Assembly: GCF_026210795.1 (NCBI RefSeq)
Contig: NC_089436.1
Location: 558,001-622,000, forward strand
DNA length: 64,000 nucleotides
Reading direction: 5' to 3'
Source of the DNA: Rhizophagus irregularis
Lineage: Eukaryota
This document shows, in pieces, positions 13,325 through 24,008 of this stretch. The notes below the pieces were generated by a model, which saw only the letters and a program-made list of their open reading frames with translations, made no database searches and had not been told where the DNA came from. How positions within the stretch are numbered: position 1 is the first letter of the stretch; each line of letters begins with the position of its first letter. The position numbers and the translations under genes are program-made.

Positions 13325-14600
13325 ATGGGAATGAAGATTATGAAATGGTTTTAAGAGCCGTAAATGTACTTAAATTTCAACTTGAACAAACAAAAGAAGA
13401 TATCAAAAAATAAAAGATATAAAATAACGTGCTCTATCAGATCCGGAAATGTTTATTGAAAAATTGCGCGATGGGACCCATGAAAAAATTTCCGAACGCC
13501 AGTATATATTTGGTGTTCCACAAGTCGATTGGAAATATCATACCCGGCCTTCACAGTATAAGCCACCGCCACGTCCAGGGCGAGAAGTTTCCAAGTCATC
13601 GACAAGTGATGATGAAAAATCACCTGACCCCGCTGAATTTGTTCATAAAAAAGCTCAAGTTAAGTTCCCCCAAATACGGTTTTGTCAACTCGTACTAAAA
13701 GGAAAACTAACCTAGTTTTTGATGATAACACACTTCCACAGAGCATTGGGTCAAATAAAAAAGGAAAACAGTCATTATATAGCACACCAGTTAAAAAAGA
13801 GGGGAGATAAGAAATGAATCGGCGAGTGCAGTTTCAAATAGATCAATGTTTAATACTCCTATTACTATTGCAAGCAGAGTTATTCACCTACTTTAACATC
13901 ATCAAATCGAAGAAATAATAAAAAGAAATCTAGTGATCTCAAATTATCAGAAGGTTCGCCAAAAACGGGAAATTATAATATACCTTGGACGGATGAAGAA
14001 CAACGTCGACTGGTAGAATTACTTGCGATTTAGAAAATTTCTGAAGCTTTAGGAACAAGAACACCGAAGCAGGTGGCTAGCAGGTTTGCGGCAGCAACAA
14101 CAAAAAATTCACAACCAAAGAATAAAAAAACTGGGACCAAAATCGATATTACCTTCCGAAAAAAAACCTCGACATTTGAGGATATCTGGATTATCGTATT
14201 TGGAAGCTCGACCACCACCAACAGTTTATATGCCCGATGATGATGATGAAAGTAGTATCAAGAATGTAATGATGTCAGTGGGTCGCCTACAGGACAATGA
14301 TATACAACAGATGTGTAATTTTATTACGGGACCAGTGCATTATGGTTTTTGTTGTGATGGATGTCATATGGATCCAATAATTGGAACACGATATCTTTTT
14401 AATGAATGTGATGAAAGTCTTGAAGTTGTTCTATGTGAAGAATGTTTTGTCGAAGGATCTTTTGAGAATGAATATCACTAGAAAACGCACAAGTTTACAT
14501 TAATCACAAATCCTATAACACCACATATTGATAAAGATTATGTACCAGAAAATGTTGGAGAATATAATTATTTAGGTGTTGCACCTCCCTCTACATCGTA
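13325..14600 (+). pseudogene. ZZZ3-like (Myb/SANT + ZZ zinc finger) host-gene pseudogene inside the transposon
   Basis: Broken frames: NEDYEMVLRAVNVLKFQLEQ..DPEMFIEKL; SANT NIPWTDEEQRRLVELL..ISEALGTRTPKQVASR; ZZ VHYGFCCDGCHMDPIIGTRY..LCEECF..YH. Several stops and frameshifts, no obvious introns. Confidence 0.75.
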
Positions 14601-14879
14601 ATATATTCTTACATCGTAATAACGTTTTTAAAAAAAAATTGTGCTATAATAGATGTGATTTTTTAAAAAAAAAGAAAAAAAAAAATTGTATCACGTAATC
14701 AGTTTGCCGATCGATCTTTTTTTTTCAATTCGATAAAAAAAGTCTAATAAAAAAAAATATCTTTACTTGAACCTGACTTCGTAAAGTATATTTTTTTTAA
14801 AAAAAAGTGTTAACATTTCGTTATAAATGTTTTTTAATACACTTAGAAAAAAAAAATAAAAAATTAAAAGAAAGTCCGG

Positions 14880-16250
14880 TTCATCATTTTATTAGGCAAC
14901 TTCTTGGAATTAGACGAACTGACAGTATGTAAGTAGGGTGACGTGCATATGTTTTTTTTTAAAAAAAAGTTTTTTTTAAAATTTTTCTCTTATTTTTTGT
15001 AGATATCGGTCCTTCGGCTTTGGACTTCGGATATTAACTTCTTGGACTTCGGTTGGATTTCTCGACGTTGGGGCCTTCTTTTGTAGGTCGGCAATGAATT
15101 GGTAAGTTTTGAAAATTTAAATTTATTTATTTTTGATTTTTTATTATTTTGATTTTATTTTGATTTTTTTTCTTTTTTTTTGCAGGTATTGAACTTTCCG
15201 AACTCTGGATGATATGATCGGTAAGTTTCGAAAGTTTAGTTTACTTTCGAAACATTTCTTGAAATTTTTTTTATTTTGTTTTGAAGAAACTAACCGTTTC
15301 TTCTTTTGTCTATTTTGTAGGAATTGTCTTTAAGATTTTTTGGATCAGCTTTTCAAGTAAGTTTCGAAGTTTCTCTTCGAAACTTTTTTTTTAAAAATTT
15401 TTTTTAAAATTAATTTTTTTTTATTGTAGGTTGTACTTATAATTAGACGTTATAACTCATGATGGGATCGGTGAAGTGTTTGGTAATGGTGACTCCAGTA
15501 AGGCACAGAAGCATATGACGACGAGGATGAACCTGATATATCTTGATCCAGCTTGAAACGAAACTGGACTTTAAGGTAGTGAGAAATGGGAAAAGGGGGT
15601 TTTTTTGTTATTTTAAACTTAAGAAACGAACTAACGTTTCTTTTCATTATTTTTTTTTTGTAGGACGCGTACTAGAAGGGCGCCGGCTTGAATACTACGA
15701 CGGACTACTTTAAGGTAGTAAGAACGGGAAAAGGGGGGATTTTTTTATTTTAAATATGAGAAACGAACTAACGTTTCTTTAATTATTTTTTTTTGTAGGA
15801 CGCGTAGAAAGGGGGATAGAGGAAGGTGATTTTGTTAGAACCAAGATTCTTATCTTGGTTTATTTATTTATTTTTTTATTTTATGGAACGGTTTACTAAC
15901 CGTTCCTTTCTTTCTTTTATAGGTTCGGGTAGACATCCGACGAATGGAACCAAGATTCGTAAGTATTCCGAATCTTGGTTTTTTTTTCTTTTTTTTAATA
16001 TTATGAACGGTTACTAACCGTTCCTTTTCTTTTTTTCATAGATTTGGGTGGGTTTCCAAAGAACCGAAAGAAGGAACCAAGATTCGTAAGTATATACGAA
16101 TCTTAACGGATTGGTAAGTTTCGAAGTTTCACTTCGAAACTTTTTAATTAAATTAATTTTTTTTTATTAATACTTTTATCTTTTTATCATAGGTTGTATT
16201 TCCTGGACACGAAGATTGGTAAGTTTCGAAGAATAACTTCGAAACTTTTC
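14880..16250 (+). ncRNA. Putative spliced transcript of ~10 mini-exons with repeated, hairpin-containing introns and no long ORF
   Basis: Regular alternation of GC-richer 30-150 nt exons with GTAAGT/GTAGT..CTAAC..(T)nTAG introns, e.g. 15102-15185, 15576-15663, 15715-15798. Introns recur as near-duplicates. Confidence 0.55.
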
Positions 16251-17154
16251 TTTGTCCCAGAGTATTGAGTTAATTTAATAGACTTTAGTATATAGATTGT
16301 TATAGTGTAATTTAATGTATATAGATTGTTTAATATAGTGTAATTTAATAAAATAATTTGTTATTCAATAATATTTAGCATCGTTATATTAACATATATA
16401 AATAATAGTAAAATATTGATATGATGTTTATTATCTTTAAAATAATGTACATCGTAATGTATGGGTAATGAACATTTTGAATTGGCGATGAACATCAAAT
16501 ATTGTGACATCGGTAGTACATTGCAGGTCAGCATTTCTTTATGATGTACATCAAGTGGCCGATGTACATTTGATGAACATTTTTCCCGTGACTTCCTGAT
16601 GTAATTATGTCAGTATAAATGAATTACGTTGCGTCAATACGCAATTCGGCATTGTGCCGTAATATTACGGCATTTGAAAATGAGAAGTATACTTATAAAT
16701 ATGTAAATTAGGATATATGGTTAGAATAATCTCATACTGTGTTCTTATGTAACCGATCTGCGCCAAGCCTAGATATCAATATTGCAAATCAGTGACATAT
16801 TGAGTATGACTAGTACCTCATTATTAGACCGGTGGCGATATTTATTTATTTTTATTAAGAACGTTCACACAGTAAGTTTTTTTCGCTCCAATCCTTCTAT
16901 TTCTTGCATTTTATTCTTTTAATGTTTCTTTTTTTTATGATATTTCAGTCTTCCAGTTGATTTTAAAACATGTAAATTTATTATTTTCATTTATTTTAAC
17001 TTCTTTGTTCTGTTCCTTATTAACTTTATTTTATTTTACCTTGATTTTATTCTTTAGTTTGTCTTTTGATTTTATTCTTTGGGTTTGTTATCTTGATTTT
17101 GTTCCTTGGATTTATCCTTTACTTTAGACTTACTTAGCTTCTTTTAAGAAAAAG

Positions 17155-19138
17155 ATGAAACGTTCAAGACATACCAAATACAATGCAAAGAAACGATTAC
17201 AAAAGACATCTATGGTACTTTTCATTTTACTTCTAAAAATATAAACAATTCCACTATAATCTAATATCAGAATTTTATAATTAAACAGCAAGTTCAAGAT
17301 ACGAATTCTTCTTCTCAAACAATAGCTTTTGATCTTATAGAGGTATATGATATTATCATTTATAAACTGGATGATTTACTGATCTAGTTTAATATATAAA
17401 TGAATCAGGATGATGATCTATTTATATACTACTAGATCTAATACTTATATAAATAAGTAATTTAACGAGACAAATTTTTTTTTTAATTTATAATTAAGCA
17501 ACAAACTCAAGATGATGTTAGTTCCTCATCTGTTAGTTCCTCCTCGCCTGTTGAAGTAAAAACAAACATAATATTTAATCCTTTGCAGGTATATATTATC
17601 TTTGATATGTCATAAAATATAAAATATAAATAAAATAATCTATATTGTATAATTTAAGCATCGAACTCAAGGAGGTTCCAGAGATTTAAGTACCTCAGAT
17701 ATAGTTCGATATATGAAAAATGAATGGTCAAGTGTTCCGCTTTGCGCTTTTTGCCGAATATTTTCTAATGTAACAACAATTTCAATTATGAAAGATATTT
17801 CAGTAATGGATTTATTAATTGAATGCTTAATAAGGGAATCAAGACAATCTAAAAATAATAATGACATTCCTGAAATTCCTTTAGAATTTTATAATCTTGC
17901 TAAAAGTATTACTGAATCAACTAATGATCAATTAATGAACAATAATAATGATATGTGGATTAAATTTGGTCAATGGTTGGAATTAAAAAAGCCAATTAGT
18001 AAAAGTGATGTACATCAACATCTTAAATCACAATGGAAGAGACTTTCACATGCTGCTGAAATTCGAAATTCTAAAGTTTTGGAAATATCCAAAGAAATTT
18101 TAGAAATTGAGAAAAAAAAATCAACTATAAATAAAAAAAATGATTGTATCAGCACAAGATAATAATATTAAGAACTTTCGTTATGTAACAAATTCTGAAT
18201 GTATTGTTGATGGTTGTGGTAAAACTTTGGTTCATCTGGATGGACTTGATGATTTTAATGCTGTCATTGAAGCAACCAAAGCCATAAATAGTTATTATTT
18301 TCATATGTTGGACAATCCAATCCATCGAAGTAGAAGTTTTTGGAAAAATCTTGCTGAACGATTTGGAGCTTTCATTAGTTATGGTGATCTTCCATATACT
18401 ACTTCTGATACTGCCAGCTCTCATAATATTGATCATCAGAATTGTGTTAACGATCTACTTTTTGCACTACAACCAATATCAAATAGTGTAAACAGATTTG
18501 TTAACAAATATTATGAACATTATTATACAAAACTAAGCAAGTTAACAATAGGACCATTTGTACCGAGAACTTTTGGAATTTTTCCCACAATAGCTATTAA
18601 TTTTAACGTAATCAGTAATTACCATTGGGATAGTAATGATGATCCAAATGGACTTTGTTTTTTGGTAGCTTTGGGAGATTTTGAGGGAGGCGAATTATGT
18701 TTTCCTCAACTTCAAATCCTGGTAAAATTAAAACCAGGACAAATTGTTGCATTTCCTTCTTATTTGCTATTACATGGCAACCTTCCGATTATTAGAGGGA
18801 TAAGATTCAGTATAGTTTATTTTGTGCATGCGAATTTTTTATCTAAAAAATTTGAGAATTTTCATAAAAATAATGATAATGATACAATCATTAAAATACA
18901 AGATCTTTATAATTCTCAAGGTCATAATCCAAAACGAATTTTACTTAAAAAAGCACAACAATTTCAAATTGAGGAGGAATCATCAGAAAATTCAACAGAT
19001 AAAAGAAGATACAAAGATGGTAAATATATATTTTTATTGTTTGTTTTTTTTTTAAATAAATAAATATCTAATTTGTAAATTATTTTAGATTTGATAAAAG
19101 GACGAAGAGGTTTAAGACATGAAGATCTTTTGGAATAG
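17155..19138 (+). CDS. TET/JBP-like 2OG-Fe(II) dioxygenase (spliced; one +1 frameshift in an A8 run)
   Basis: Exons 17155-17214, 17289-17342, 17499-17588, 17659-19019 and 19089-19138 join in frame except at A8 18133-18140. The core AINFNVISNYHWDSND..LGDFEGGELCFPQL..LKPGQIVAF..LLHGN..GIRFSIVYFVH has HxD...H...RxS spacing typical of fungal TET/JBP. Confidence 0.8.
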
Positions 19139-19638
19139 AAATCATAAATAAAATTAGAAATACGAAATTTTCTTTGAAGATTGTTTTGCTGTTTATGTTT
19201 GATAGGGTAAATTTCTGAATTATTTTTCAAGTAATTCATGGTAGGTACTTTGACTCCTGAATTGAAATTTGATAAAGTAATTTACTTAGTCACAAAATAA
19301 AAGAACAGTCTAAAAAGAATTTTTGATTAAGTCTAAAGTAATAGGAGTAATCATTTTATGTTCTTGGGGACGATTATTTCCTCCCATGCGACTTAATCAT
19401 TATATTTTATTATTTTATAAACTTTTTTAATTTAATTTTTATTTATTTATTTTTTTTTTATTCTAAATTTTTATTATTAAAATTATGATTCATTTAATTT
19501 AGCTGTACTTATTAAAGAATATTAAAGAATTATAGAAGGGTTGATTGGCGAATAATTAAATTTATTCATATTTTAGATAAAGAATTGAAATTTCACTTTA
19601 TTGCTTTTTTTATTATTACTTTTGCATTATTTTAATTG

Positions 19639-20035
19639 TTAAATAGAAAATTTAATTTATAGATTAATTCTGGATTGAATACGTATTTTACAATAAATTA
19701 TACAAACGATAAAAAGCGTGAAACATAGTTGACTGAAACATTTCTTAATAGTTTAAACCTGAAACTAAAATTAGTTAGTCTAATTAGTCAACATGTACAT
19801 CCCATCACATGCAGCATATATGAATTCTTTCATTTGATATAACTGGTCAAATATATCATTATACTGGAACTTAATTCGATTTTAATTTACGCCATTTTAG
19901 AATAGTATCGAACAATTAGACAAATGATTGATAACAAACTTATAAAATTAACTACACATGAAATTCGTATTGTCTTCAGTTGACATAGCGATATTTAATA
20001 TACTGATATTCATATACCGATATACTAATATAGGT
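19639..20035 (+). repeat. Direct repeat copy 2 (transposase C-terminus plus 3' flank, ~100 bp internal deletion)
   Basis: Matches 10586-11034 and still encodes LNRKFNL*. Confidence 0.85.
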
Positions 20036-20817
20036 ATAATTGTAATATAATTAAGGAATATGACTTAAAATATTACATTTTTTTTAAAGAAAAATACCTC
20101 TTAAATATAATTGCTTTGTTTTACAATCGATGAATAGCAAAAATATATAATTACAATTATTGCTATAACAAAAATATTAATTCTATATTTTTTATTTATA
20201 GAATTTTTTATTTAGATATTATTAACATGTTTCAAATAAATTGATAAATAAAAATATGTGTATGTGTAATGATCAGTTAAATATTTTTTAGTTTTATTGT
20301 AAGGTTAAAATTAACCAATAAAATCACATTGATCTTTATGCATAATGTAATAATATAAACCAATTAAGATCATTTTGATTATATGCATATGATATCTAAA
20401 AATAGATAAATTTTGTGTTTACTAATGCGTGATTTTTTTTGTTTATTTTCAAAGATACACTTTTCTTTCTTATTAAAAATACTATACTTTTCTTTACAGT
20501 ATTTTTGTTTGTCACTTCTTTTCTCTTTTATTCAAGTATACTTTAATTATCTTTTACAATATTAACAATACTTTACCACTTTAGTTTATATATTCAACAT
20601 AGTAAGACATATCTATTCACGAAATGTACCTACCATTCACATACAAAAGAAGAGAATAAAAGAAAAAAAAATGTACGCAACTACCCACATACAAAAAAGA
20701 GAAAAGCTGCTTTTAAATAATAGTAGAGCTATTAAGCAAGGTATGAAAATAGGATATACACGTATTTTTCATATTTTCTTTACAATATGTTGTGGTTTGA
20801 GTCTTTTTTTGTGGTAT

Positions 20818-20980
20818 AAGTGTGAATATATTTTTCAACGGCCATGTATCTATTGCTTGTTAAATATATTTGCAATTTCTTGTCTTTCTTTGTTAGACTG
20901 TGGTATTACAATATGAAGTGTAAATATATTTTTCAACGGCCATGTATCTATTGCTTGTTAAATATATTTACAATTTCTTT
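20818..20980 (+). repeat. ~62-bp direct duplication
   Basis: aagtgt(g/a)aatatatttttcaacggccatgtatctattgcttgttaaatatattt(g/a)caatttctt at ~20818 and ~20916. Confidence 0.85.
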
Positions 20981-21257
20981 TGTAATATTTGCTTTAGCCT
21001 GGAGGAAAATGTTATGAAATAGGGCTGGATATTTTATGACATTTTCTGCCTTCCAATTACTTTGTCCGGGGGTAGCCTGACAATTTGTCGTTATCCGTCA
21101 GTTGTAGCAACCAGCATTTTTTTACAATATTATGATTTTAAGAAACAAAATTTTTTCAAAAATTTAAAGAAAGAACTAATTTAAAAATATTATTTTATTA
21201 TTCTTTACAAATGCTGGCGCTGGAGTTATTTTTTCTCTCACTTATCAAATCCCAACA

Positions 21258-21438
21258 TGTCCAAAGACTAATCATGTAGTACGCTGTGGTCTGGAACCAC
21301 CCAAGATTTTTGACTACTTAGGGATGAAGTTGTAGGGTACTTGTACCTGATAGGCCAGCCTCCTCTGACTTAAGGTCTCATTAATTGGGAGACGAGGTGG
21401 TTCCTAAGTATCTTCCACATCAAGAGCGGACATTTTTT
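21258..21438 (+). ncRNA. Candidate structured RNA (~180 nt) ending in T6
   Basis: GC-rich island with nested complementary arms tgtcc/ggaca, cgct/agcg, gtgg/ccac, ggaaccacc/ggtggttcc and gtctc/gagac, immediately followed by TTTTTT. Confidence 0.4.
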
Positions 21439-22777
21439 GATACTATACATAAAGATGGTAATTCTATATCTGCGAATTCAAGAAAAAAAAATCTAAATCA
21501 AAAGATGTCAAGGTAATCTAAACATTCTTTTAGAAAAATTTAATCAAAGTTTAAATTGGTTTATATATAGTAATTTTAAGAAAAAGAAAATCTAATCATG
21601 TATTTTTAGAAGAATATGGAAGTAACGCATATCAAGGTAATTTAAATATTTATTTTTTTATTTTATTAAAAAAATAAATTAATATATTTAATAGCAAACT
21701 TCAAAAAAAGGTGAAATAAATATAAAGGTATATTTTTTACTAATTTTTATTTAAATTATTAATATTTTTAATACTTCTTTTCTTTTTTTTAACCTACTAA
21801 TGTTTGTTTTTACTAATATATTTTACTACTAAATATACTAACATTTTCTATTACTAACCATTTTTTATGTTTCTTTTCTTTTATTAACATTTCTAATATC
21901 ATTCCTTTTCTTTTACAAATTCGTTTAACAATATTTATACTAATATCTTTATTATTACTAATATACTTTACTATTTCTATTTCTTTCTTTTAAATATTAA
22001 AAAGATAAAAATAAGCAGCAAATAACCGAACACATTATTTGTAGATAACAGATATACATAATTCTAATTATTTATATGGCTAGAATAATTTTTATATACT
22101 TTTTTGTAATTTTATTTTTTTGTAATTTTTTATTATTAATTAAAAATAATAAAACTTTTAGTACTATTAAATAAATTAATATTATAATTGAATTTAAATT
22201 ATGGATTTATTAGTATTTATATTATTGCATAAAATAAATATTGTACAAGTGTATAATATCTATCCGATATTTTACTATAATATACCGGGTACCTGACAAT
22301 TGACTACCCGATATGTATATGATGTTTATAATATATGTCACTGATTTTCTATATTTCTACTACATATATCAGGTACCTGATATATGTAGTATTGTTAAAT
22401 ATCATACACATATTTCACATTTATTGTACACATATCAGGTATCCGATATGTACCCAAGTTTACCACAATTTTGACCAGTGATTCTATATCTATCTGTCTG
22501 ATATCTGTATGATATCTGTATAATATATATATGATATATATCATAATATATTGGGTACCCAATAAGTCTATAATATGTGACCAATATTTAACTACCCGAT
22601 ATATGTAAGATGTATATATGATGTTTGCAATATATGTCACCGATTTTCTACATTTCTACTACACTTATCGGGTACCCGATATGTGTAGTATTGTTAAATA
22701 TCATACATATATATCACATATATTGTACACATATCAGGTACCCAATATGTACCCGATAGCATTAATTTTGACCAGTG

Positions 22778-23256
22778 ATATAAAGAATATATTAAATAAC
22801 TTGACATCTAATAATCATACAAAAATGTATCATAGCTTGTTAGAATCGTCTTACTGAGATGAATTGAATGGTGGTAGTTTTATTATCCTTTTACGATCAC
22901 TAGCTGATAACAAAATATTAAACATCGGCATTATCATATTTCTTAATTTACATTTACTGCGCCATTTAATATTTTGCTAAATTTCTTGGTATTTAGTGAT
23001 TGTAAAAAGACGATTAATAGCTCGTTGGAATCGCCTCATTAAGACGAATTAAATGGTGGTAAGATTATCTTTCTACGATTAATATTGGCGGAATTACAAT
23101 ACAATAAAGTTTTAAGTATAATTTTGGCCAAAATTATGTTAATTTTTGGCCAGAATTATAATATACTAATATAAGAAATTTTTTATATAGTCACATCTCT
23201 TTATAATTACCAAATATAGACTGTTCCAAATGCGTGACTATAAAAAGAGTTGACTG
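22778..23256 (+). mobile_element. Right arm of a Tc1/pogo-like non-autonomous element
   Basis: Ends gtgactataaaaagagttgactg|TA. Internal duplicated gaatcg(t/c)ct..agacgaatt.aatggtggta blocks. Confidence 0.55.
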
Positions 23257-23258
23257 TA

Positions 23259-23591
23259 TATAGCTACTATCTGATATATATCTGACATGATATTAAATAT
23301 ACAATATTTATATATATATATATTACCAATATTTTACTACCTAATATATGTGTGTTAAATATATGATATCTATAAGATATGTCACTGATATTTGACTACC
23401 TGATATGTGTAAAATGTATATATGATGTTTATATAATGTATGTATTACCATTTTTTTACATTTATACTACACATATCAGGTACTATCCAATAATATGTGT
23501 AGTATTATTAAATATCATACATATATATCACATATATTATACACATATCAGGTACCTAATATGTACTCAATAGCATCAATTTTGACCAGTA
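23259..23591 (+). mobile_element. Solo, decayed right terminus of the same CACTG family
   Basis: Similar to 22481-22777 and ends ttttgaccagta. CpGs are converted to TpG/CpA. Confidence 0.75.
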
Positions 23592-24008
23592 TTAATAGAC
23601 TTTTCGAATGATTTAATAAAATACTATATGAATTATTAGCAAAATTGAATAAGATTGAGAATTGAAATCTAAAAATTTCAAATGTATTATTCATATACTG
23701 CACTAAAAAAAGTGATTTAATAAAGATGAAATTAGAATATTTTAGAAAATTTTTTGAATGCAAATCTATACAGATTTTTAGAAATTATTTCTGCACAAAC
23801 TTATACCTTAACATAAAGTATTGGAGGAAAAATCTAATAAAAACTGTGCAGATTTTTGGAAAAATGCAGAACTGCACAGTTCTGCAGGATTAAATTTATG
23901 CAGTTCTTCAAGTTATTAAAAATATGTGCAGAATTTTAATAATAAATCTGTGTATTAAATGTAATTTATCTACTACTATACAATATACATTAAAATATAA
24001 TATTAAAC

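Larger units (their letters stand above)
2375..22777 (+). mobile_element. Large CACTA/EnSpm (CMC) DNA transposon with nested double termini and cargo
   Basis: Left TIRs CACAGGTCAAAA (2375) and CACCGGTCAAAA (2596); right TIRs TTTTGACCAGTG ending at 22480 and 22777. The outer pair is flanked by 3-bp TSD ATA. Subterminal palindromic repeats atatcgggtacccgatat occur at both ends, and there is an internal Tnp2 transposase. Confidence 0.75.

Noticed and set aside
21330..21360. Resemblance to a hammerhead core, HCV-type IRES (tacctgatagg) or HEARO RNA
   Set aside because: No CUGANGA..GAAA pairing and only a few matching bases; not enough to name a family.
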